From: Macrostomum lignano
Lineage: Eukaryota
DNA length: 64,000 nucleotides
Direction: 5' to 3'
Assembly: GCA_002269645.1 (NCBI GenBank)
Contig: NIVC01000409.1
Location: 154,371-218,370, forward strand
The stretch's first letter is position 1. Every line of letters begins with the position of its first letter. The translations under genes and the position numbers were made by a program. Under the pieces are notes generated by a model. It saw only the letters and a list, made by a program, of their open reading frames with translations, ran no database searches and was not told the DNA's origin. Positions 1 through 11,295 of this stretch are shown one piece after another.

Positions 1-26
1 AGACAGACACACAGACAGACACTCAC

Positions 27-413
27 CTGCTCAATCCTAGTCCTATACTTGGTCAGATCAAATCTCATAGCATACACATCCTGGCAGAAGCTGTTACACA
101 ATTTATCCAGCTGGTCCAAGTTCAGATTAGGAAATGCCACAATTTGATCATCGGTGCCTGCAGCGGCAGCGGCCACAGCGGCAGGTGCCGTAGTCAGCTG
201 ACTCTCAATATCGCCGAGCAGAATTGACAGCTGAGCAAGACACGGCTCAGTTTCCCTACGCAGCACGCAGCCAATTAGTGCTAGAACATCTTCCGCAGAA
301 GAGAGTCTGGCAGGAAGTCGGTATCGTTTCAGCAGCTTGGCAAAGCTGATGGGTCCGACGCTTCCGGTGCCACTTAACAACGGCAAACAGGTGGTTGCCG
401 ACATGCGATGCAT
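27..413 (-). CDS. Coding exon of an unidentified gene; continues off the left edge of the window
   Basis: Stop-free frame MHRMSATTCLPLL...DLTKYRTRIEQ ends at a strong phase-0 donor CAG|GTGAGT (intron starts at 26). It is GC-rich against AT-rich flanks. It is absent from the ORF track because it has no stop codon. Confidence 0.6.
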
Positions 414-684
414 GAAGCATAATGGATTATAATGATTTATTACTGCTTACAGATGATCAATTCATATCAACAGAAATTTATTTTGTCTATATTGAAAAGA
501 AAAAAATGGATATTGGCGGAAAAACTTAAAAAAGACATTTGGTAGAGTAATAGAGTACTTGGATAGGTTTAAGGACCACGATTCAGGTATTAAGGGACAA
601 ATTAGGAGACCTAGACCCTAATACCTGAATACCTAATACCTGATATTAACTCAACTTAATCGATATGAAGTTAAGTTAATATCG

Positions 685-1135
685 ATTAGGGCACCAAATT
701 AGTAGCTAATAGGGGATCAAATTAGGAGATATTAGGAGACAAAATTAGAAGCTAATAGGGGACCAAATTAGGAGGTACTAGGGGACTGAATTAGGAGATA
801 TTAGGGAACCAAATTAGGAGATATTAGGAGACAAAATTAGGAGATTAGGACACCAAACTAGGGGATATTAGGGGACCAAATTAGGAGATATTAGATGACC
901 AGATAAGGAGATATTAGGGGACCAAATTAGGAGATATTAGGGGACCAAATTAGAAGATATTAAAGGACCAAATTAGAAGATATTAAAGGACCAAATTAGA
1001 AGATATTAAAGGACCAAATTAGAAGATATCAAAGGACCAAATTAGGAGGTATAAGAAGGAACAAACTGGGAGCTATTATGGAACCAGATTAGGAGATATT
1101 AGGGGATACAAATTAGAGGCCGTACCAGATTAGGC
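685..1135. repeat. 23-bp minisatellite (ATTAGGAGATATTAGGGGACCAA)n, degenerate ends
   Basis: Tandem units are visible directly; roughly 17-19 copies. Confidence 0.9.
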
Positions 1136-1773
1136 GAAAATCCATTAAAAGACAATATATAAGACCGATAAACTAATAACAATAAAAGTACAGTGTGTAC
1201 TTAAATAAAAGACAAAAACAAAGTTTCAGTGTAAGTAGCTCGAAAGTAATCAATAGCCAACAAGCAAAACACACTACTTAGCTACTTAGCTAATAGTAGT
1301 ATGCACTTATATTGAGCAGGAATTTTTTTCTATTCTTCTAGTAACCATAAAAATAGAATTAAAATGAAAAAAATCAAATAAGTAAGCTGCAACAAAAAAC
1401 CATCTAAACGTGGTGGACAAAAATATACCAAAAATGATTGATTTAAAATTAAATGCCAAAAAATCTTAAGTAAAATGTTATAGTAATTTTTTAAATTTTA
1501 CGACTTAGAAGTAGAAATCTGCCAAATGAAACACTTTTTTCTTATTATCAACTACTTAAAGTAGGCTGCATTGCTGATATTTTATGAGAAACATGAAAAA
1601 TAATTCATTTAAAACTATACAATGAAGAATAAAATTTAAAAAATCAATTAGACAATATTCTTATTTTCAACTATTTAAGGTACACTGGGTTGCTGATATT
1701 GTATGGTTATAATCAACTTATTACTAGAAGGTTGCAGACGAATTTTAATAGTCACTTTAATAGTTCTCAATGT

Positions 1774-2195
1774 TTAGCTGGTTTGCCGCTCGTCACCGTT
1801 GCCATGGTTACTACTACTACCACTAGCTGGTAGCAGTTCCAGCTCGGCTAGCAGTGAGAAATGATCAGACGATATATGCGGATGCGGACAGCCAAGAATG
1901 CCATTCTGGGCAAACCAGGACTCCGGAATCATGTCCAAATAGCCGATGTTATTGAAATGATCCGCCGTGAAGAAAATGTAGTCGATGACGCCTCGGAAAC
2001 CGTAGGTGAAATTTGTGCAATTATTCGAGCCAAAGTAGCAGGGCAACAAGTTGAAATCGTGCTCAAGGTGCTCCTCGGTTGGGGCTAGTTGTGATCGGCG
2101 AGGCGTGAGCTTGTCCAGAATTTTAGCGTAGCCCAGCTCTTTGAAGTCTAGATGGGACTTGTTTACCCGGCCGCGAGATAGGTACTCGAATACAC
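1774..2195 (-). CDS. CNOT6: CNOT6 last coding exon
   Basis: Branch-like CTGAC and acceptor GTCAG|GT at 2196; encodes VFEYL, IDYIF and SDHFSL; TAA stop at 1774-1776. Confidence 0.93.
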
Positions 2196-5100
2196 CTGAC
2201 AGGATGTCAGTGAGGAGATGCCGAACATTAGAGCACAGGCTCACACAGGGTGTACGATCGGTCCCTGACTTATTCGAATCATTTGAGACTCTTATTATAA
2301 AGATTTAGGGGCGATTCCTTTGGTGATTTAGGGGCGATTCTTTTGGTGATTTAGGGGCGATTCTTATGGTGATTAAGGGCGAATCTTTTGGTGATTTAGG
2401 AGCGAATCTTTTAGTGATTTAGGGGCGAATCTTTTGGTGATTTAGGGGCGATTCTTATGGTGATTAAGGGCGAATCTTTTGGTGATTTAGGAGCGAATCT
2501 TTTAGTGATTTAGGGGCGATTCTTTTGTTGATTTAGGGGAGATTCTTTTGGTGATTTAGGAGCGAATCTTTTAGTGATTTAGGGGCGTTTCTTTTGGTGA
2601 TTTAGGGGCGATTCTTTTGGTGATTTAGGGGCGATGCTTTTGGTGATTTAGGGGCAATTCTTTTGGTGATTTAGGGGCGATTCTTTTGGTGATTTAGGGG
2701 CGGTTCTTTTGGTGATTTAGGGGCGATTCTTTTGGTGATTTAGGGGCGAATCTTTTAGTGATTTAGGGGCGTTTCTTTTGGTGATTTAGGGGCGATTCTT
2801 TTGGTGATTTAGGGGCGATGCTTTTGGTGATTTAGGGGCGATTCTTTTGGTGATTTAGGGGCGATTCTTTTGGTGATTTAGGGGCGGTTCTTTTGGTGAT
2901 TTAGGGGCGATTCTTTTGGTGATTTAGGGGCGATTCTTTTGGTGATTTAGGGGCGATTCTTTTAGTGATTTAGGGGCGATTCTTTTGGTGATTTAGGCGC
3001 GATTCTTTTGGTGATTTAGGGGCGATTCTTTTGGTGATTTAGAGGCGATTCTTTTGGTGATTTAGGGGCGATTCTTTTGGTGATTTAGGGGCGATTCTTT
3101 TGGTGATTTAGGGGCGGTTCTTTTGGTGATTTAGGGGCGATTCTTTTGGTGATTTAGGGGCGATTCTTTTGGTGATTTAGGGGCGATTCTTTTAGTGATT
3201 TAGGGGCGATTCTTTTGGTGATTTAGGCGCGATTCTTTTGGTGATTTAGGGGCGATTCTTTTGGTGATTTAGAGGCGATTCTTTTGGTGATTTAGGGGCG
3301 ATTCTTTTGGTGAATTAGGGGCGATTCTTTTGGTGATTTAGGAGCGATTCTTTTGGTGATTTAGGAGCGATTCTTTTGGTGATTTAGGGGCGATTCTTTT
3401 GGTGATTTAGGGGCGAATCTTTTGGTGATTTAGGGGCGATTCTTTTGGTGATTTAGGGGCGATTCTTTTGGTAATTTAGGCGCGAATCTTTTGGTGATTT
3501 AGGAGCGATTCTTCCCCTAAATCAAACATTCTAACAGTATAAGCAAATGCATTTGTAGGGACTTTTGGGTAGCCATGCGATTCAGACCACTAATGTAGAG
3601 CCAACCATTTAAGTCACAGAGTGTTTATCATTTTGTTTAACACTGTTTCCTGCGTTTAATAAAAGTACCTTCTTTTGAGTGCCCACAAGCTAATTTGTCT
3701 ATGGCCTAAACTCCCACTTTCGGTTTCAGCCTTAAACTAACTGTACACTAACTTTAAATAAATGGACTCGATCGCCCCCCCCCAAGCCAAGATTTAACTG
3801 TCCGCTCAACTTAATCAATCATCTCCATCTCCAAAAGCTTTTGATAGCCAGCGTTTTGGTAGCCTACAACCCTACAGTCTACACCAGCTCACCGGAATCA
3901 GGCAGTGAGTTGAAATCGCCGCATATAATAGTGGGCATGCTAGCCACATCGACTTTGTCAGCCTGTGGATTCTGCTCGCGTAGATGATTCTCAATCTTCT
4001 TCCATAGCGCCGAAAGCAGCATGATGGACTGGATTAGTTTGACATCAGAGTACTCCGGATCCCAGTGAATGTGAGCGGTGGACACCACTAGCTGGCGGCG
4101 CTGACCTGTGGACTCTTCCAGCACCTCAAAGATGGCCATGATTGCGACATTGTCGCGTACCATCACCCTGTTGATCATCTGGTGGTTTGCCTGCAGGTTG
4201 CAGTAAGTGCATTAAGCACTTGTTTAACACTGCATTACAACTACAGAATATCACAATAAACTACAAGAATCTTACATTAAACTACAATAATCTCACATTA
4301 AACTACAATAATCTCACATTAAACTACAAGAATCTCACATCAAACTAAAAAATTGCACACTAAACTAACAGAATCTGAAATAAAACTACAAGAATCTCAC
4401 ATTAAACTACAAGAATCTCATATTAAACTACAAGAATCCCATATGAAACTACAAGAATCTCACATTAAACTACAAGAATCTCACATTAAACTACAAGAAT
4501 CTCACAATAAACTACAAGAATCTCACATTAAACTAAAAGAATCTCACATTAAACTAAAAGAATCTCACATTAAACTACAAGAATCTTACATTAAACTACA
4601 AGAATCTCACATTAAACTACAAGAATCTCACATTAAACTACAAAAATCTCACATTAAACGACAAGAATCTCACATTAAACTACAAGAATCTTACATTAAA
4701 CTACAAGAATCTCACATTAAACTACAAGAATCTCACATTAAACTACAAGAATCTTACATTAAACTACAAGAATCTCACATTAAACTACAAGAATCTCACA
4801 TTAAACTACAAGAATCTCACATTAAACTACAAAAATCTCACATTAAACTACAAGAATCTCACATTAAACTACAATAATCTTACATTAAACTACAAGAATC
4901 TCACATTAAACTACAAGAATCTTACATTAAACTACAAAAATCTCACATTAAACTACAAGAATCTCACATTAAACTACAAGAATCTCACATTAAACTACAA
5001 GAATCTCACAATAATTTACAAGAATCTCACATGAAACTACAAGAATCTCACATTAAACTACAAGAATCTCACAATAAACTACAAGAATCTCACATTAAAC

Positions 5101-8100
5101 TACAAGAATCTCACATTAAACTACAAGAATCTCACATTAAACTACAAGAATCTCACATGAAACTACAAGAATCTCACATTAAACTACAAAAATCTCACAT
5201 TAAACTACAAGAATCTCACATTAAACTACAAGAATCTTACATTAAACTACAAAAATCTCACATTAAACTACAAGAATCTCACATTAAACTACAAAAATCT
5301 CACATTAAACTACAAGAATCTCACAATAATTTACAAGAATCTCACATGAAACTACAAGAATCTCACATTAAACTACAAGAATCTCACAATAAAATACAAG
5401 AATCTCACATTAAACTACAAGAATCTCACATTAAACTACAAGAATCTCACATTAAACTACAAGAATCTCACATTAAACTACAAGAATCTTACATTAAACT
5501 ACAAGAATCTCACATTAAACTACAAGAATCTTACATTAAACTACAAAAATCTCACATTAAACTACAAGAATCTCACATTAAACTACAAGAATCTCACAAT
5601 AAAATACAAAAATCTCACATTAAACTACAAGAATCTCACATTAAACTACAATAATCTTACATTAAACTACAAGAATCTCACATTAAACTACAAGAATCTT
5701 ACATTAAAATACAAAAATCTCACATTAAACTACAAGAATCTCACATTAAACTACAAGAATCTCACATTAAACTACAAGAATCTCACAATAATTTACAAGA
5801 ATCTCACATGAAACTACAAGAATCTCACATTAAACTACAAGAATCTCACAATAAACTACAAGAATCTCACATTAAACTACAAGAATCTCACATTAAACTA
5901 CAAGAATCTCACATTAAACTACAAGAATCTCACATTAAACTACAAGAATCTCACATTAAACTACAAAAATCTCACATTAAACTACAAGAATCTCACATTA
6001 AACTACAAGAATCTTACATTAAACTACAAAAATCTCACATTAAACTACAAGAATCTCACATTAAACTACAAGAATCTCACATTAAACTACAAGAATCTCA
6101 CAATAAAATACAAGAATCTCACATGAAACTACAAGAATCTCACATTAAACTACAAGAATCTCACAATAAACTACAAGAATCTCACATTAAACTACAAGAA
6201 TCTCACATTAAACTACAAGAATCTCACATTAAACTACAAGAATCTCACATTAAACTACAAGAATCTTACATTAAACTACAAGAATCTCACATTAAACTAC
6301 AAGAATCTTACATTAAACTACAAAAATCTCACATTAAACTACAAGAATCTCACATTAAACTACAAGAATCTCACATGAAACTACAAGAATCTTACATTAA
6401 ACTACAAGAATCTCACATTAAACTACAAGAATCTCACATTAAACTACAAAAATCTCACATTAAACTACAAGAATCTCACATGAAACTACAAGAATCTTAC
6501 ATTAAACTACAAGAATCTTACATTAAACTACAAGAATCTTACATTAAACTACAAGAATCTCACATTAAACTACAAGAATCTCACATTAAACTACAAGAAT
6601 CTTACATTAAACTACAAGAATCTCATATTAAACTACAAGAATATCATATTAAACTACAAGAATCTCACATTAAACTACAAGAATCTCACATTAAACTACA
6701 AGAATCTTACATTAAACTACAAGAATCTCACATTAAACTACAATAATCTCACATTAAACTACAAAAATCTCACATTAAACTACAAGAATCTCACATGAAA
6801 CTACAAGAATCTTACATTAAACTACAAGAATCTTACATTAAACTACAAGAATCTCACATTAAACTACAAGAATCTCACATTAAACTACAAGAATCTTACA
6901 TTAAACTACAAGAATCTCATATTAAACTACAAGAATCTCACAATTAACTACAAGAATCTCACATTAAACTACAAAAATCTCACATTAAACTACAAGAATC
7001 TCACATTAAACTACAAGAATCTTACATTAAACTACAAGAATCTTACATTAAACTACAAGAATCTCACATTAAACTACAAGAATCCCATATGAAACTACGG
7101 CAATCTACCTTGCAATCCTTCTCGTATTTCTCAACAGCCATCTGTGAGAACTCAATGAGGTCCTCTTTAACCAGCGTAAAGCGGTCTCGCTTCCAAAAGA
7201 TGGCGACCCCGTCGACATACTTGCTCTCATTGGCTGTCATCGTTCTTGCTCGACTCTTCGGACTAAAAATGCCTTCATAACCGGCTTTAGCCAGTTCCGG
7301 GCGGAAGTACACGCCAAACTGCTCAGTTTCAACTTCTTGCAAGCAGAGAATGTCAGCCTGGTAGGCTCGCAGTTCGTCCATTATGCCTCGACGTCTGTAT
7401 TCCCATTGCAGGGCCCAGGATGGACAATAAGGATACTGCTTCTTAGTGGCGTACGCTTCGCATAGCACGTTGTAGCACATCACAGTGAATGCTGTACCAT
7501 GGATAGTACTGCCGTTGGCACCGCTAGTAGTACCGTTTGAGCCGCTAGTTGTCGACTGGGAATTGTTTGGGGCAGAGGCGTGACCATTGCGCGAGATCGA
7601 GTCAGTATTGCTGCGACCGCCCAGATAGCACCACTTGCGACTTGGGGGCGGCGGCATGGCGAAGCCTGGGGACGTGATTTAGGGGTGATTCTTCCAGTGA
7701 TTTAGGGGTGATTCTTCCAGTGATTTAGGGGCGATTCTTCCAGTGACTTAGGGGCGATTCTTCCAGTGATTTAGGGGCGATTCTTCCAGTGACTTAGGGG
7801 CGATTCTTCCAGTGACTTAGGGGCGATTCTTCCGGTGATTTAGGGGCGATTCTTCCAGTGACTTAGGGGCGATTCTTCCAGTGACTTAGGGGCGATTCTT
7901 CCGGTGATTTAGGGGCGATTCTTTCGGTGATTTAGGGACGATTCTTCCGGTGATTTAGGGGTGATTCTTCCAGTGATTTAGGGGCGATTCTTCCAGTGAC
8001 TTAGGGGCGATTCTTCCGGTGATTTAGGGGCGATTCTTCCAGTGACTTAGGGGCGATTCTTCCAGTGATTTAGGGGCGATTCTTCCGGTGATTTAGGGGC

Positions 8101-9398
8101 GATTCTTCCGGTGATTTAGGGGCGATTCTTCCGGTGATTTAGGGGCGATTCTTCCAGTGATTTAGAGGTGATTCTTTCAGTGATTTAGGAGCGATTGTTT
8201 CAGTGATTTAGAGGTGATTCTTTCAGTGATTTAGGAGCGATTGTTTCAGTGATTTAGAGGCGATTGTTGCAGTGATTTAGGAGTAATTCTGCCGGTGATT
8301 TAGGGGCGATTCTTCCGGTGATTTAGGGGCGATTCTTCCAGTGATTTAGAGGTGATTCTTTCAGTGATTTAGGAGCGATTGTTTCAGTGATTTAGAGGCG
8401 ATTGTTGCAGTGATTTAGGAGTAATTCTGCCGGTGATTTAGGGGCGATTCTTCCAGTGATTTAGGGGTGAATTCTTCCAATGATTTAGATAGAATTTCTA
8501 CATTGATTTCAAGGCATTAAAATGGTCATATCAAAAATATTTGCAGGATGGTTGTGGGCAACCCGACGTAACGCATTCAGCGACATCGTTTCACAACCGG
8601 CGCTGACGGCAATTCTGCCCATGCAAGCGCGCTGAGAATGTACTGTACAGACACGCTCTCATTACGCACGCTCACACAGACTTCTAATCATGCCTTGGGG
8701 ATTGGCCCCTATAGCTGTGATTCGGAAGACAACCCACCCGCCAATATGGTGTAGCCGCTCACGGAAACGAATCAGGTATTGTATTGCGAGAGGGCCAGAT
8801 GCGTTTTACAACTGAGCTGCTCAAGCAAATGCCAATTACACTATTCAGACAAATAGTGTTTACCTTCGCTATCCAGCAGCCAGGACAGCATACTCTGAGT
8901 AGTCTCAGAATTGTACAATTGCAGCATATCCGGATTAAGAGGATTATGATTGAGATTAAGCACCGTCAGTTGAAACAGGCGGCCCAATTGCATAGGCAAA
9001 CATCTGATTTGATTGCACTGCAGGTGCAACTCTTTTAATTCCGTTATTTCGCCAATTTCTGGCGGCAGGATTTTCACCATATTGTAGGACAGGTCGAGGT
9101 GAACAAGATTTTTCAGCTGAGCAATCTCAGGCGGGATTACGCTAATCCTGTTGTGCGACATGTACAGGTAGCGCAGAAACGACATCGAGCACAAGCCTTG
9201 TGGAAAGATCTTTACTCCGCCTAGAATTTCTAACTGATCCCAGCTGGCTTTCGAAGGTGATTGTTTCTCTTTCCGTTGTTGCAGACTTTGCTGCTTTTGC
9301 TGAGCGTTGTTGGTGCAACCATTTTCTTTGGCATCAAGGAAGTGCACCTGCCGACGACTGCTCATGTTTATCTCCCATAATTTGCGTTTTCTCTGCAT
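1774..9398 (-). CDS. CNOT6: CCR4-NOT deadenylase subunit CCR4/CNOT6 (LRR + EEP nuclease); join(complement 8864..9398, 7109..7665, 3893..4190, 1774..2195), about 603 aa
   Basis: N-terminal LRRs (LxxLxLSxNxI) followed by the CCR4 motifs FTVMCYNVLC, DILCLQEVET, DGVAIFW, NRVM, VSTAHIHWDPEYSDVKLIQ, ICGDFNSLPDSG, GVIDYIF and SDHFSL. All three introns are GT-AG with matching phases (1, 0, 1), and the exon lengths 535+557+298+422 sum to 1812 nt. Confidence 0.96.
2302..3523. repeat. 23-bp minisatellite (GTGATTTAGGGGCGATTCTTTTG)n in the last CNOT6 intron
   Basis: About 52 tandem units, ending in an inverted copy of the unit head (CCCCTAAATC). Confidence 0.97.
3893..4190 (-). CDS. CNOT6: CNOT6 coding exon 3
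   Basis: Acceptor CTGCAG|GCA at 4191; donor CCG|GTGAGC at 3892; encodes NRVM, HWDP and GDFNSLPDS. Confidence 0.93.
4245..7100. repeat. 21-bp minisatellite (AAACTACAAGAATCTCACATT)n filling CNOT6 intron 4191-7108
   Basis: About 135 tandem units; source of the spurious KLQESHI ORFs. Confidence 0.98.
7109..7665 (-). CDS. CNOT6: CNOT6 coding exon 2 (start of EEP domain)
   Basis: Acceptor CCCAG|GC at 7666; donor AAG|GTAGAT at 7108; encodes the YNVL, LQEVE and DGVAIF motifs. Confidence 0.93.
7675..8490. repeat. 23-bp minisatellite (GTGATTTAGGGGCGATTCTTCCA)n in CNOT6 intron 7666-8863
   Basis: About 35 units; abuts the 3' splice site. Confidence 0.96.
8550..8800 (-). ncRNA. Candidate intronic structured RNA (H/ACA-like)
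   Basis: CpG-rich island in an AT-rich intron. The hairpin GGGCAG...UUGCCC is followed directly by ACA+3 nt, with an inner stem UCAGCG/CGCUGA and an upstream ACAGUA (ANANNA). Folded by eye only. Confidence 0.3.
8864..9398 (-). CDS. CNOT6: CNOT6 coding exon 1 (LRR domain)
   Basis: First in-frame ATG at 9398, with in-frame stops upstream; acceptor CTCTTCAG at 9432; donor GAAG|GTAAAC at 8863. Confidence 0.9.
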
Positions 9399-9504
9399 CG
9401 CTTTTGGTTATATTTTGTTCTATATTTCTACCTGAAGAGATTAGGACTTAAATGAATTAGTTTTACAACTGAAACTTACTCTGCCTATCTGAATCTTGAT
9501 TTCT

Positions 9505-9882
9505 GGGCGATTCCTAAAGTGATCAATGGGCGATTCCTGAAGTGATCAATGGGCGATTCCTAAAGTGATTAATGGGCGATTCCTAAAGTGATTAATGGGC
9601 GATTTCTAAAGTGATTAGTGGGCGTTCCTAAAGTGATCAATGGGCGATTCCTGAAGTGATTAATGGGCGATTCCTAAAGTGATTAATGGGCGATTCCAAA
9701 GTGATCAATGGGCAATTCCTGAAGTGATCAATGGGCGATTCCTAAAGTGATTAATGGGCGATTCCAAAGTGATCAATGGGCGATTCCTGAAGTGATCAAT
9801 GGGCGATTCCTAAAGTGATTAATGGGCGATTCCTTAAGTTATCAATGGGCGATTCCTTAAGTGATTAGTGGGCGATTCTTAA
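9505..9882. repeat. 23-bp minisatellite (GTGATTAATGGGCGATTCCTAAA)n upstream of CNOT6 coding exon 1 (5' UTR intron)
   Basis: About 16 units, colinear with the other two CNOT6 23-mers. Confidence 0.95.
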
Positions 9883-10765
9883 CGTATTTTATTGCAAAAG
9901 AGCTAACGCTAAATTACAGAGGTCTACATCTATCCTGAAAAAAACAAAAATAAATATAATACTTTAACAGCTAATACTTTTTAGAAAGTTGCAATTATTT
10001 TTTATTTAATAATTTACTCACAATTATTTTCAGAGAACACAGTAAAACAAAATTATCTTCAAGTTTAATAATTAAGAAAAGGCATATCACCCAACCCGAT
10101 GAAAACGGTACTTAGAAAAGAAGTAACTCTAGACGATTATAAAACCACGAGATGTCGCGATAAAAGTCGTCAAAGAGCCTTATAAGAGTCAATTTAGAGC
10201 GATTTATGGTCTGCGACACTGAAACGACTCTCGGCCGCCGCAGAGTGCGCGTCTAAAGTACATCTGCTTCACTTTATGAATTATGAATTAGAATCGCATT
10301 TCGCATTTATAACTCCATTTAGTCTACTGGAGTTAGTAGGAAGTTAATCGTCAACACAATGACTCTTAGACAAATTTTTCGTGACTATATTACGATTCTG
10401 CCACTCGCATGATATGCTTGTGATAGTGAGTTGTTTACACTGACTATTTAACTTGTACTTGTACTTATTAACAGTCGTGTCTATAGTGAAATTAATAACT
10501 TGAAAAGCAATTCAATATTATTGACAGCGAATGAAATGCAGCCATGAAATCAGATACTTATGACAACAAGAACAGAACATGAATTTGAATGAATTTCTAG
10601 CCGTTATTAACAAACATTTCAGCCCAAATAAGATTTTACACAACAAAACTTCTACCAGAGGCTAGTTTATAAGTATTTCTGGCAAAATTTACAACTAAAC
10701 TGATTTCATAAAAAATGCATTTAATGTTATTGTTCAGCACTAAATATAGATCGTTTTATTCTTAC

Positions 10766-10885
10766 CATTTGATGAACTCCGAATCGCATATTTTAGCAAG
10801 TAATTGCTGTGGACTGCGGTCTCACTCTGAAGCTACTACCAGGTAATTATTTTTTTATCGATTAAATATTGATAATAAAAAACTG
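10766..10885 (-). other. Putative non-coding 5' exon of CNOT6
   Basis: T-rich acceptor TTTTTTCGATTTCTCGTCTTAG(CAG) at about 10886 and a strong donor ATG|GTAAGA at 10765. No transcript evidence. Confidence 0.35.
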
Positions 10886-11295
10886 CTAAGACGAGAAATC
10901 GAAAAAATTAATAAGTACAAACAGATTTCACTGATTTGGTAGTTAAAACTAGAAGTCCACGCCTAAAGGCGGTTGCACCACAGACAGTCTTGAAACCAAG
11001 GACTACTAAAAAACACAGGACGCAGAACTTAAGCTTGGTAGAAATTTGTACCATTCTAAAATCAGCCATACTGCTTGCTGGCTTTGAAAAGTTATGTTAT
11101 ATTTTGCTTTTTTTCTGGTTTTACTTGCCTAAACTGAGATTCGGAAGTTCAAATGTACAGATTTTTCGTCAATGTCAATGCTTTAATTAAACTTTCCGAA
11201 TGGATTCGTTCCATTCAGAATCTAGTTAACTATTTCATGTATAATAGTAAACCACAGTTTAATTTAAATAACATTCCAATCGGGAAGTAACGGCA

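Noticed and set aside
4353-6746. Long KLQESHI-repeat ORFs that look like coiled-coil proteins
   Set aside because: They are frame-preserving 21-bp repeats, antisense within a CNOT6 intron with valid splice sites.
2302-9882. CRISPR-like appearance of the 21-23 bp repeats
   Set aside because: The units are head-to-tail with no unique spacers, the context is eukaryotic and there are no cas genes.
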